Part shown: positions 20,483-29,360 of the stretch, piece by piece
Position numbering within the stretch: the stretch's first letter is position 1
Layout: each line of letters begins with the position of its first letter
NCBI GenBank assembly: GCA_035292445.1
Contig: DATDQB010000021.1
Span: 1 to 57,391 of the forward strand
DNA from: Candidatus Omnitrophota bacterium
GTDB taxonomy: Bacteria > Omnitrophota > Gorgyraeia > Zapsychrales > Zapsychraceae
Length of the DNA: 57,391 bases
Direction of reading: 5' to 3'
Made by a program: the position numbers and the translations under genes
The notes under the pieces: generated by a model
The model's input: only the letters and a program-made list of their open reading frames with translations
Told to the model about the DNA's origin: nothing
Database searches by the model: none

Positions 20483-20612
20483 CCTCATAAAGAATCTTGA
20501 TAAAAATAAGCAAAATCGGTATACTGGCCTCTGATAAGTAAACAAGGACTTCGGGTTACCTGTTTCCAGTTACCTGTTGCCAGATGAACTGGTAACGGGT
20601 AACTTTAGATAT

Positions 20613-20684
20613 GTCCCTGTAGCTCAACGGATAGAGCGCTAGCCTCCGGAGCTGGAAGTACAGGTTCGATTCCTGTCAGGGACG
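20613..20684 (+). tRNA. tRNA-Arg (anticodon CCG)
   Basis: Cloverleaf: acceptor GTCCCTG/CAGGGAC, D arm GCTC/GAGC, anticodon arm CTAGC-CTCCGGA-GCTGG, T arm ACAGG-TTCGATT-CCTGT. CCA not encoded. Confidence 0.95.
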
Positions 20685-21329
20685 TCAGGCTTCGTTTAAC
20701 AGCTTTCGCGTTGAACTTCGCCTGATTTCGCCAGATAGATTTTCAGGCGAAGTTCGGCGCGAATGCAGAATAAGAAGCCTGTTATCAGGCGAAGCTCAAA
20801 TACGAACTCCGGCGTAGCAATAGCAGAGACAGATAAAGTATTTGAGCGAAGACTGATGATACACCAAAAAATATGTCCTATTATGTTTATATCTTTATTA
20901 AATTTGGCTTAAGTATGTGTATAATATCCACAATCTTTTTGGGATTTTATGTTGTATTAATACAAAAGATAGCATGCTTATATGTTAGACTCAACTTGTT
21001 GAAGGAGGAGGGTTTATTCGTTGCAGCTTATGAAACAAAATCGGTTACGATAAGAGATAACGACAACGGAAGTATTATATTTTTTCCTGCCGATTGGCGA
21101 GCTTTGGTAAGAAAATGCGAAAACGGTAGCAGTTAAACAGTGGCAGGATTTAATTTATGATTGACAAGTTAATCTAGATTATTTAATATAATCACCGTCC
21201 CCAACGGTTTTAATTTTTAAAAGCTATTTATATCCCTCATGAAATCACGTTCGATTTTGTGGGGGATTTTTTATGACCCAGTTTTTATTATCCTTTGGCT
21301 TTTTTATTGGATAATTGTATAATGCCGAC

Positions 21330-22088
21330 ATGCCTACGAAATATAAACAGATGAAAGAGATGCCCGCGCTCATTGCCGTGTCCCGGCACGCGGGGCAGGC
21401 GATTATGGATTTCGGCATGATCGAGGAAGGCGACAGAATAGCCGTTGCCGTTTCCGGCGGCAAGGACAGCATCTCGCTTCTTCACGTGTTGCGCCATCGG
21501 CAGATCATCGCTCCCATCAAATTCGAGTTCAGCGCCGTTCATGTCGATTTTGAACTCTCCGATTTCGATCCGCAGAAACTTATCGATTATTTAAAGGTTC
21601 ATGAGTTTCCTTATTTCATTGAAAAGGTCGATTGGCTTAAAGGGCAAAAATACGAGGAGATCGGCTGTTTCTGGTGGTCGCGCAACCGCCGCCGTGCCCT
21701 TTTTGAACTGTGCGTGCGTGAAGGCTTCAACAAGATCGCCTTCGGTCATCATCAGGACGATATTGTGGAAACAATTCTCCTTAATCAATTCTACCGCGGG
21801 GAGATCGGCGCGATGAAGCCCAAGCAGGAATTGTTTGGCGGCAAGATTGTCATTATCCGGCCGCTGGCCTATGTGCGCGAGGAATCCATGGTCTTTTTGG
21901 CGAAGCAGCTGGATATCGATTCGATCGGCGGCCAATCTAAATGCGCCGATGACGACACCTCCCATCGGATGCTCATCAAAAAAATGCTGCGTGAATTCGA
22001 GAAAGATAATCCCTACATTGTCAAAAATATTTTCAAAAGCCTTCAAAATATCAAAACTGAATATCTTATTGAAGCAGCTAAAAGTTAA
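21330..22088 (+). CDS. ttcA: tRNA 2-thiocytidine(32) synthetase TtcA-like protein (second Cys of the CxxC motif replaced by Trp)
   Basis: VAVSGGKDS PP-loop, GHHQDDIVET and IIRPL. The central motif reads CFWWSRNRR. Confidence 0.82.
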   Translation: MPTKYKQMKEMPALIAVSRHAGQAIMDFGMIEEGDRIAVAVSGGKDSISLLHVLRHRQIIAPIKFEFSAVHVDFELSDFDPQKLIDYLKVHEFPYFIEKVDWLKGQKYEEIGCFWWSRNRRRALFELCVREGFNKIAFGHHQDDIVETILLNQFYRGEIGAMKPKQELFGGKIVIIRPLAYVREESMVFLAKQLDIDSIGGQSKCADDDTSHRMLIKKMLREFEKDNPYIVKNIFKSLQNIKTEYLIEAAKS

Positions 22089-22111
22089 CATAACGGACGA
22101 GTTATATTATC

Positions 22112-22188
22112 GGCGGGTCCTGTCCGGGAACAGCCCCATCGGTGCTCGTTCCTGCGCGCCACTGGGGCGCCCCGTTCCGGCCACCCGC
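22112..22188. repeat. Structured GC-rich intergenic element, copy B
   Basis: Outer stem GGCGGGT/ACCCGCC; inner stems GGAAC/GTTCC and CCCCA/TGGGG. Shares GGGTCCTGYCC..GG and CCGG.YCACCC with copy A (minus strand). Confidence 0.6.
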
Positions 22189-22204
22189 CTTTAAAGGACT
22201 AATC

Positions 22205-22819
22205 ATGGAAAGAATTGAAGCCATTCACCAATTCTGGTTTCAAGGTGTCGATGATACGACCAAGATCGATAACAATAAGCCGCCGTTTAAGATGTGGTTT
22301 GTGAAAGACGAGAAATTTGATAAAGAGATCAAGGACAGGTTTGAAGACGATATTATCAAGGCGTCGCAGGGGGCTTACGGCGATTGGGAAAAAATATCTA
22401 AGGGTCGGTTGGCGTTCATTTTACTCTTGGATCAGTTCACGCGTAATATTTACCGAAACACGCCGCAGATGTTCGCCGGCGACGCGCTGGCGCTTTCATT
22501 GTCGCTTAAGACGATCGATGAAAAGAAAGACAAGGAATTTCAGCTGGTTGAGCGAGTTTTCGTTTATATGCCGCTGCAGCACAGTGAAAATAAAGAAGTG
22601 CAGCAGTTATTGCTGCAATATTTTCGTTCGCTGGTTGATGAATGCCAGAAAAAGAATCCCGCCAACGTCCATTATTACAAGTATTCCTACGATTACGCGA
22701 AGCGGCATCACGATATTATCGAACATTTCGGCCGCTTTCCGCACCGCAATAAAATTCTTAACCGGCCGTCGACGAAAGAGGAGGTTGATTTTTTAAAGAA
22801 ACCGGGCTCAAGTTTCTAA
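22205..22819 (+). CDS. DUF924 family protein
   Basis: FWF...WF, ILLLDQFTRNIYR, FVYMPLQHSE, IIEHFGRFPHRN; AAAGGA RBS. Confidence 0.9.
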   Translation: MERIEAIHQFWFQGVDDTTKIDNNKPPFKMWFVKDEKFDKEIKDRFEDDIIKASQGAYGDWEKISKGRLAFILLLDQFTRNIYRNTPQMFAGDALALSLSLKTIDEKKDKEFQLVERVFVYMPLQHSENKEVQQLLLQYFRSLVDECQKKNPANVHYYKYSYDYAKRHHDIIEHFGRFPHRNKILNRPSTKEEVDFLKKPGSSF

Positions 22820-22935
22820 GCGTTAAAATTTGGCTTTTAGGATTATTTTTTGTATTAAAAAAAATGTCAACAATCAAAAATGTTGTGCTAGACTAAGAAC
22901 AACGTCGCAATAATATCAATTGAGGAGAACAACCC

Positions 22936-23298
22936 ATGGGTAAAGTATTGATCGTTGATGATAACCGCGATATGCGCAAGCGTTATCGCAAAGTCCTTAC
23001 GGAAGAAAAGATTGGCTGCTTTGAGGCGCCTGAAGCGCTGAAGGTTTCCGAGCTTTTGATGCGTGAGAAAAGTAACATTGATTTGATTCTTTTGGATATA
23101 CAAATTCCGGAGATTGACGGGCGGGGTATTTATGATATTATCTTTGAATACGCCCCCCAAATTCCTATCATTGTCTCAAGCGTTCTTCCCGTAAATGAAC
23201 AGAAGCTGCGCATCCCGCGCGCCCGTGGCTATTTCAACAAAGCCGATGGGGACCAAAAATTACTGAAGCAGGTCAAGACGGTGTTAGGCCTATCCTGA
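22936..23298 (+). CDS. Single-domain response regulator (receiver only)
   Basis: KVLIVDD, DLILLDIQIP (phospho-Asp) and YFNK. No output domain. Confidence 0.85.
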   Translation: MGKVLIVDDNRDMRKRYRKVLTEEKIGCFEAPEALKVSELLMREKSNIDLILLDIQIPEIDGRGIYDIIFEYAPQIPIIVSSVLPVNEQKLRIPRARGYFNKADGDQKLLKQVKTVLGLS

Positions 23299-23334
23299 CG
23301 AAAAATCCCGCCTTTTTGTGTAATTTGCACAACA

Positions 23335-23362
23335 TTCACAAGAAATTCACTCAATCTTAACA
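23335..23362 (+). promoter_or_regulatory. Pho-box array upstream of phoB
   Basis: TTCACA (23335), TTCACT (23346) and TTAACA (23357), at an exact 11-bp period. Confidence 0.75.
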
Positions 23363-23494
23363 AAGAACGGTTATCCTCAATCGGTATGATTTTACCGGGG
23401 ACAGTTATAAAGATTAATTGTCAAAAAGGAGAGATTTATGATATTATTGGCTGAACAAAAAAACAAAACCTCTTCGGAAAGCTTACCTATTGCC

Positions 23495-24187
23495 ATGTCC
23501 GGAAAAATTTTAGTAGTCGAAGACGACAAACATATCTCAAAGCTTGTCCGGTATAACCTTGAAAAGGCCGGATACGAATGTACGCTCGTCATTACCGGCG
23601 AGGAAGTCTTTGAAACGCTGGAACAATCCCATGTGGATCTGATCGTTTTGGATATCATGTTGCCTAAGATGAACGGCTTTGAGGTCTGCAAGCAGATCCG
23701 CCAAAACTCCCGTTATGAAAACATCCCCATCATTATGCTGACGGCCAAAGGGGAAGAGGTGGACCGGGTGGTCGGCTTTGAACTCGGTGCCGATGATTAT
23801 ATTGTTAAGCCCTTTAGCCCCCGGGAGCTGGCGCTTCGGGTGAAAGCGATCCTTAAGCGCGGCAAATCAAAGAAAGAATCACCCAAAGATATTCTTGAGG
23901 CCGATATTATTAAAGTGGACATTCCCCGTCATAAAGTGACCGTCAGCCAGAAAGAGATCAAATTAACGTCTATGGAGTTTAAGCTGCTGACAACGTTATT
24001 AAGCCGTCGCGGCCGGGTGCAGTCCCGGGACCAGCTCCTCAACGATGTCTGGGATCTGGCGGCGGATGTGACCACTCGCACGATCGATACTCACGTCAAG
24101 CGCTTGCGGCAGAAATTGGGCCGGGCCGGAAGATCGATCGAAACGGTCCGCGGCTACGGCTACCGTTTCAAAGACGAGGAAGAATGA
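23495..24187 (+). CDS. phoB: PhoB/PhoP-type OmpR-family response regulator
   Basis: Receiver domain (LDIMLP, GADDYIVKPF) plus winged helix (RTIDTHVKRLRQKL, ETVRGYGY). Adjacent to phoR and pst. Confidence 0.9.
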   Translation: MSGKILVVEDDKHISKLVRYNLEKAGYECTLVITGEEVFETLEQSHVDLIVLDIMLPKMNGFEVCKQIRQNSRYENIPIIMLTAKGEEVDRVVGFELGADDYIVKPFSPRELALRVKAILKRGKSKKESPKDILEADIIKVDIPRHKVTVSQKEIKLTSMEFKLLTTLLSRRGRVQSRDQLLNDVWDLAADVTTRTIDTHVKRLRQKLGRAGRSIETVRGYGYRFKDEEE

Positions 24188-24200
24188 GAGCCAGGGGCGC

Positions 24201-25973
24201 GTGCGATTTAACATCCAATATAAAATCATCGTTCTAATTTCCTTCCTGATCGCCCTGTTGTTGGTGGGCATCAATATTTACCTCAATAAACATTTTACCG
24301 ATTACACCTACCAGCGGATCCGGCATAACCTTATTCAGGACCTTAAGCTGGCCAACACGCTTGTGCTTTCGCTTAATATGGAGCAGCGGCATTCGGACCG
24401 GTTGGACCAATTAGCGGATAGGATCGGCGAGGACCTGCAGGTAAGGGCGACGATCATCGCTAAAGACGGGACCGTGTTGGGGGATTCAAGCTTGACACAA
24501 GAGGAAGTGGGTAGGATCGAGAACCATTTATACCGCCCGGAGGTCCAAACGGCCTTAAAAAATAAATTGGGAGAGAGCCGGCGTTTCAGCACGACCACCA
24601 AAGAAGACATGCTTTATATTGCTCAAACGTTCGGGCATGAAAGCGTGGAAGGGTTTCTGCGGCTGGCCATTCCCTTGTCCGAGATCGAGCAGGTTACTGG
24701 TAATTTAAGGCGGTTCCTCGCGCTGGCGTTCGTCATCGCTTTTATCGTTTCGGTGACGATCGGCTCGCTGGCGGCGATGTTTTTGACCAAGCCCATCAAA
24801 GAGATGTCGGTCATTACCAAGCACATTGCCCACGGGAATTTCAGCCAGAAGGTGTATATCCGTTCCAACGATGAGATCGGCGATCTGGCGGAATCGATCA
24901 ATTATATGTCGGATCAAATTAAAACCCGCATTGATGAAGTCACGCGAAGCAAATCGCGGCTGGAGGCGGTTCTTTTGAGCATGTTTGAAGGGATGATGGT
25001 GGTCAATGAGGAGGGCCGGATCTTACTGATGAACCAGCGGCTCAGGGATTTTCTGCGCGTTACCCAGGAGCCCCTTGGGCGAAAACCGTTGGAGATCATC
25101 CGTAATATCGAGATCCAGGATTTGACCGATAAAGTTCTTTCGTTGGAAAAAGGGGTAGAGTCCAAAGAGCTGGTCGTTCATTTGCCCGAGGAGAGAACGC
25201 TTCAGATCCATGCCACTCCCGTCATTCGCGATGGGAAGACGGAAGGGGCGGTATTGGTTTTCCATGACATTACGGAATTAAGGCGGCTTGAGAAGGTCCG
25301 GCAGGATTTTGTGGCCAACGTTTCCCATGAATTGAGAACGCCATTGACATCGATCAAAGGCTACGCGGAGACGCTTTTAGAGGGGGCTATTGATGATAAA
25401 GCCAATGCTCGGGATTTTTTGGAGATCATTTACACGGATGCCGGCCGGTTGTCGAATTTGGTCAATGACCTTCTTGATCTCTCCAGGATCGAATCAGGGA
25501 AGGCCGAATTTGATATTAAACCGGTCGCTCTCGATCCCATTGTCGAACGGGTCATCACGGCCCTTTCCAATCAAGCGAAGACCAAGGCGATCGAAATTAG
25601 AAAGGATTTACCAAAACAGCTACCTAAAGTTTTGATGGACGATACCGCTATCGCCCAAGTGCTTCTTAATTTGGTCGACAACGCCATTAAATATAACAAG
25701 ATCAGCGGCTCTGTTTTGATCAGCGCCAAAGATGAAGGCCATTCAGTCAAAGTTTTTGTTCAAGATACGGGTATCGGTATTCCGCAGGAAGACTTGCCGC
25801 GTATTTTTGAGCGGTTTTATCGTGTTGATAAGGCCCGGTCCCGCGAACTGGGCGGCACCGGCCTTGGCCTTTCCATCGTCAAACACATCGTCTCCGCCCA
25901 CCAGGGGGACGTTTTCGTCGAAAGCACCCCCGGCCGTGGCTCCACGCTCTCCTTCACCCTGCCAACGGCCTAG
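24201..25973 (+). CDS. phoR: PhoR sensor histidine kinase (HAMP-PAS-HisKA-HATPase)
   Basis: DFVANVSHELRTPLTSIKGY, NLVDNAIKY, DTGIGI, FYRVDKARSR, GGTGLGL. Confidence 0.92.
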   Translation: MRFNIQYKIIVLISFLIALLLVGINIYLNKHFTDYTYQRIRHNLIQDLKLANTLVLSLNMEQRHSDRLDQLADRIGEDLQVRATIIAKDGTVLGDSSLTQEEVGRIENHLYRPEVQTALKNKLGESRRFSTTTKEDMLYIAQTFGHESVEGFLRLAIPLSEIEQVTGNLRRFLALAFVIAFIVSVTIGSLAAMFLTKPIKEMSVITKHIAHGNFSQKVYIRSNDEIGDLAESINYMSDQIKTRIDEVTRSKSRLEAVLLSMFEGMMVVNEEGRILLMNQRLRDFLRVTQEPLGRKPLEIIRNIEIQDLTDKVLSLEKGVESKELVVHLPEERTLQIHATPVIRDGKTEGAVLVFHDITELRRLEKVRQDFVANVSHELRTPLTSIKGYAETLLEGAIDDKANARDFLEIIYTDAGRLSNLVNDLLDLSRIESGKAEFDIKPVALDPIVERVITALSNQAKTKAIEIRKDLPKQLPKVLMDDTAIAQVLLNLVDNAIKYNKISGSVLISAKDEGHSVKVFVQDTGIGIPQEDLPRIFERFYRVDKARSRELGGTGLGLSIVKHIVSAHQGDVFVESTPGRGSTLSFTLPTA

Positions 25974-25987
25974 TTACAGAAAATCAA

Positions 25988-26026
25988 TTCACATAGATTT
26001 CACTTTTCCGCCATAGGGACTTAACA
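25988..26026 (+). promoter_or_regulatory. Pho-box array upstream of pstS
   Basis: TTCACA (25988), TTCACT (25999), a degenerate unit (26010) and TTAACA (26021), at an 11-bp period. Confidence 0.75.
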
Positions 26027-26085
26027 CGCTCAGGTTAAGCTTTTAGTAAAAGTTAGGGATCAACCTTTAAAAAGGAGAAGAAGTG

Positions 26086-27066
26086 ATGAAAAGATTTTTT
26101 GGATTGTTGATGACAATACTATTGGCCCTGCCCAACATTTCGTTGGCCGCTACCTATATCAGGGTGGACGGTTCCAGCACGGTGTATCCGATCACCGAGG
26201 CTGTGGCGGAAGAATTTGGAAAGGAAAATAAAGATATCCGCGTGACGGTCGGCATTTCCGGCACCGGTGGCGGGTTCAAGAAATTCTGCCGCGGGGAAAC
26301 AGACGTATCCGATGCTTCACGGCCGATCAAAGCATCAGAGGTAGCTTTATGTAAAGAAAACGCTATTGAATATATCGAGATCCCGGTCGCTTATGATGGT
26401 TTGTCGGTCTTGGTGAATCCATCGAATACATGGGCCGATTCGTTGACAGTATCCGAATTAAAGGCTATTTGGGAGCCTGCCGCCCAAGGCGTTATTATGC
26501 GCTGGAACCAGATCAGGCCGGAGTGGCCCAATGAAGAGATCGCCCTGTTCGGGCCCGGCACCGATTCCGGAACGTATGATTATTTTACCGAATCCATTAA
26601 TGGCAAGGCTGGCGCCAGCCGTGGTGATTTCACCTCCAGCGAGGACGACAATATTTTGGTCCAAGGGATTGCCGGTAATAAATATTCCTTAGGTTATTTT
26701 GGCCTGGCTTATTATGAAGAAAACGCGGATAAATTAAAACTGGTGGCCGTTGATAATGAAAAAGGACAGGGAGGCATTTTACCCACCATGGAAACGGTCA
26801 ACAACGGCTCTTATGCGCCGCTTAGCCGGCCGATCTTCATTTATGTCAGCACGGCGGCCTTGAAGAAACCGGAAGTCAAGTCATTCGTGGATTTCTACAT
26901 CGCCAATTCTGCTCAACTCTCGGAAGAAGTCGGTTATATCCCTCTGCCGGATGATATCATCACGCATGCCGCCAGAAGGTTCAAGCAAGAAAAGACCGGT
27001 TCCGTATTTACCACCTCGGCCGCCAAAAGCGGTCTTTCGTTTACCGAATTAATGGCAAGAAATTAA
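26086..27066 (+). CDS. pstS: Phosphate ABC transporter substrate-binding protein
   Basis: Signal peptide; [36 protein letters not shown]. Confidence 0.95.
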   Translation: MKRFFGLLMTILLALPNISLAATYIRVDGSSTVYPITEAVAEEFGKENKDIRVTVGISGTGGGFKKFCRGETDVSDASRPIKASEVALCKENAIEYIEIPVAYDGLSVLVNPSNTWADSLTVSELKAIWEPAAQGVIMRWNQIRPEWPNEEIALFGPGTDSGTYDYFTESINGKAGASRGDFTSSEDDNILVQGIAGNKYSLGYFGLAYYEENADKLKLVAVDNEKGQGGILPTMETVNNGSYAPLSRPIFIYVSTAALKKPEVKSFVDFYIANSAQLSEEVGYIPLPDDIITHAARRFKQEKTGSVFTTSAAKSGLSFTELMARN

Positions 27067-27086
27067 ACAGAAAAGATTGAATGAAA

Positions 27087-27136
27087 ACAGTGGAAGGGGT
27101 TATATAATGATCACGATCATATAACCCCTTCACTGT
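27087..27136 (+). other. Long intercistronic hairpin between pstS and pstC (likely an mRNA stabiliser or attenuator)
   Basis: About 22-bp imperfect inverted repeat: ACAGTG-GAAGGGGTTATAT-AATGATC / GATCAT-ATAACCCCTT-CACTGT. Confidence 0.6.
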
Positions 27137-27144
27137 CCTTCTTG

Positions 27145-28014
27145 ATGAAAAACAAAGAAGCGTTCTTAAAATATTTATTCCTCGCCTGCGCGCTGGTTTC
27201 GATACTCACCACCGGCGGCATCATCTATGTCCTTCTTTTTGAAACGATCGCATTTTTCAAAGAGGTCTCCATCATCGAATTCCTTACCGATAAGGAGTGG
27301 ACGCCTTTATTTGTCAACAAGCATTTTGGTATAGCGCCTTTGGTCTGCGGCACGGTGCTGACGTCAGTGATCGCGCTGGCGGTCGCGTTGCCGATGGGTT
27401 TGCTGGTGGCGGTTTATTTAAGCGAATATGCTCCGGCCCAAATCAGGCGTGTTTTAAAACCGGTCTTTGAGATCCTGGCCGGGATCCCGACGGTCGTTTA
27501 CGGATATTTTGCTTTGCTTTTTGTCACGCCGTTATTACAGAAATTTATACCTTCTCTTCAGGGGTTCAATGCTCTTGGGCCGGGAATTGTTTTGGGCGTT
27601 ATGATCTTGCCATTGGTGTCCTCTTTAAGCGAAGACGCCCTTTATTCCGTGCCGACCAGTTTGAAGGCGGCCGGGTATGCTTTGGGCGCGACAAAGCTGC
27701 AGGTCTGTTTCTCCGTGGTTGTTCCGACCGCTTTTCCCGGCATCATCGCCGCGTTTATATTGGCGATGTCACGGGCGATTGGAGAGACCATGTTGCTTGC
27801 CATCGCCGCCGGCCAAATGCCTAACTTGACCCTTAATCCGTTGGAAGCGGTCGAAACCATGACCGCCTACATTGTCCAGATCAGTCTCGGCGATACGCCG
27901 CACGGCACCATTGAATACCGGACGATCTTTGCCGTGGGGACCGTACTATTTTTAATGACGCTTGTGTTAAACACGATCAGTTACAGGATCCGCGAGCGGT
28001 TTATCAGGATATAA
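27145..28014 (+). CDS. pstC: Phosphate ABC transporter permease
   Basis: [43 protein letters not shown]. Confidence 0.93.
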   Translation: MKNKEAFLKYLFLACALVSILTTGGIIYVLLFETIAFFKEVSIIEFLTDKEWTPLFVNKHFGIAPLVCGTVLTSVIALAVALPMGLLVAVYLSEYAPAQIRRVLKPVFEILAGIPTVVYGYFALLFVTPLLQKFIPSLQGFNALGPGIVLGVMILPLVSSLSEDALYSVPTSLKAAGYALGATKLQVCFSVVVPTAFPGIIAAFILAMSRAIGETMLLAIAAGQMPNLTLNPLEAVETMTAYIVQISLGDTPHGTIEYRTIFAVGTVLFLMTLVLNTISYRIRERFIRI

Positions 28015-28020
28015 GTTACG

Positions 28021-28947
28021 ATGATGACCCTATTAGAAGCGCCTATTATCGAAAAAAAAGAAAGTTGGATGGTCACCAAGCCAAGAAGGAAAGCCAAGCT
28101 TAGGTTGATGGAAATCCTTTTTGCGATAGGGGTAAGCATATCCCTTTTTATAGGCTTGGGGACGCTTCTTGCATTGATCATCGATGTTTGTATCGATGGT
28201 TTGCCGAGGCTGAATTGGCAGTTTCTCACCAGTTTCCCTTCAAGAAGGCCCGCGGAGGCGGGCATATTGGCCGCTCTCGGCGGAAGCATCGGGCTGATCT
28301 TAATAACTATTATTGTGTCTGTTCCTATCGGTGTGGGGGCGGCCATTTACCTTGAGGAATATTCCCGTAAGAATAAACTGACGGATCTTATCGAAATAAA
28401 TATCGCGAATTTGGCCGGAACACCTTCGATCATTTACGGATTGCTGGGGCTGGGGCTTTTTGTCAGGTTTTTCGGCCTGGAACGCAGCCTTATCTCGGGT
28501 GCGTTGACGCTTTCTTTATTGGTCCTGCCCATTATCATCATTGCCGCCCGAGAAAGTATCTGCCGTGTCCCGCAAACGATCAGAGAGGCCTCTTTCGCGT
28601 TGGGAGCCACCAAGTGGCAAACCATCCGCGACCACGTCCTTCCCATGGCATTTCCCGGGACGCTCACAGGAATTATCCTCGCTGTTTCCCGGGCCATCGG
28701 AGAAACGGCGCCTTTGATCACGATGGGCGCGTTGACATACGTGGCATTCTTACCCGATAGTCTCAAATCACCTTTTACCGCGCTTCCTATACAGATCTTC
28801 AACTGGGTTTCAAGGCCGCAAAAAGGGTTCCACGAAAATGCCGCCGCGGGGATCGTTGTTTTACTTCTTGTGACCTTTTTGTTGAACGCTTTTGCCCTCT
28901 TTTTGCGCGATCGCCTTCAGAAGAAAAGCGGCATCAAGTCGATGTAA
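28021..28947 (+). CDS. pstA: Phosphate ABC transporter permease
   Basis: [45 protein letters not shown]. Confidence 0.93.
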   Translation: MMTLLEAPIIEKKESWMVTKPRRKAKLRLMEILFAIGVSISLFIGLGTLLALIIDVCIDGLPRLNWQFLTSFPSRRPAEAGILAALGGSIGLILITIIVSVPIGVGAAIYLEEYSRKNKLTDLIEINIANLAGTPSIIYGLLGLGLFVRFFGLERSLISGALTLSLLVLPIIIIAARESICRVPQTIREASFALGATKWQTIRDHVLPMAFPGTLTGIILAVSRAIGETAPLITMGALTYVAFLPDSLKSPFTALPIQIFNWVSRPQKGFHENAAAGIVVLLLVTFLLNAFALFLRDRLQKKSGIKSM

Positions 28948-28975
28948 TCCCTCCCATTTCCACCTTACCTAAATA

Positions 28976-29029
28976 GTCACAAACAGTTCACTTTCACTTC
29001 ATTTTGTTTTCACACCCTCATCTTATAAT
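28976..29029 (+). promoter_or_regulatory. Pho-box array plus -10 box upstream of the 65-aa ORF and porin
   Basis: GTCACA (28976), TTCACT (28987), TTCATT (28998) and TTCACA (29009) at an 11-bp period, then TATAAT (29024-29029). Confidence 0.8.
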
Positions 29030-29061
29030 TGGGCATGAATTGGAAAGAAAGGAGGTGATCA

Positions 29062-29259
29062 GTGGTTCATCCTTCCATGATTCCGTCAAGCCCTTACCTA
29101 GATATGGTCGTCAGCCATTTGAGGGAACAGTTGGTCAAGCTTCAGAAAGTTGTGGAAACTGTTGAGCGGAATCATAGCTATCAAGAGGATTATGTCTATG
29201 AATCCATTAAGTCGGTGGAATCAGAGCTCCGCCGTTTAAGAAAGCTGATAAATTTGTAG
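29062..29259 (+). CDS. Small hypothetical coiled-coil protein (65 aa)
   Basis: Strong AGGAGGT RBS before the GTG start; directly downstream of a Pho-box promoter; amphipathic heptad pattern. Confidence 0.6.
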   Translation: MVHPSMIPSSPYLDMVVSHLREQLVKLQKVVETVERNHSYQEDYVYESIKSVESELRRLRKLINL

Positions 29260-29360
29260 CAAAATTAACCAACGTAAAAGAAGGCCGCCCCGCTACAGGC
29301 GGGGCGAGCCTCGTTCATTTCCTTAAGGGGAAAATGAAGAAAAATGAACGGGAGTAGAAA

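Noticed and set aside
20387-20490. HDV-like ribozyme, SRP RNA, 6S RNA or group II intron domain V as the identity of element A
   Set aside because: Only 5 nt separate the would-be P2 and P1 strands (an HDV fold needs about 13). The SRP helix-8 and domain V consensus sequences are absent, and it is too short for 6S.
20547-20605. 17-bp imperfect inverted repeat upstream of tRNA-Arg
   Set aside because: A real hairpin, but there is no second copy or recognisable motif to support a specific function.
20873-21136. 87-aa ORF as a genuine membrane protein
   Set aside because: AT-rich, no RBS, no family motifs beyond the first 7 codons. Treated as a possible remnant only.
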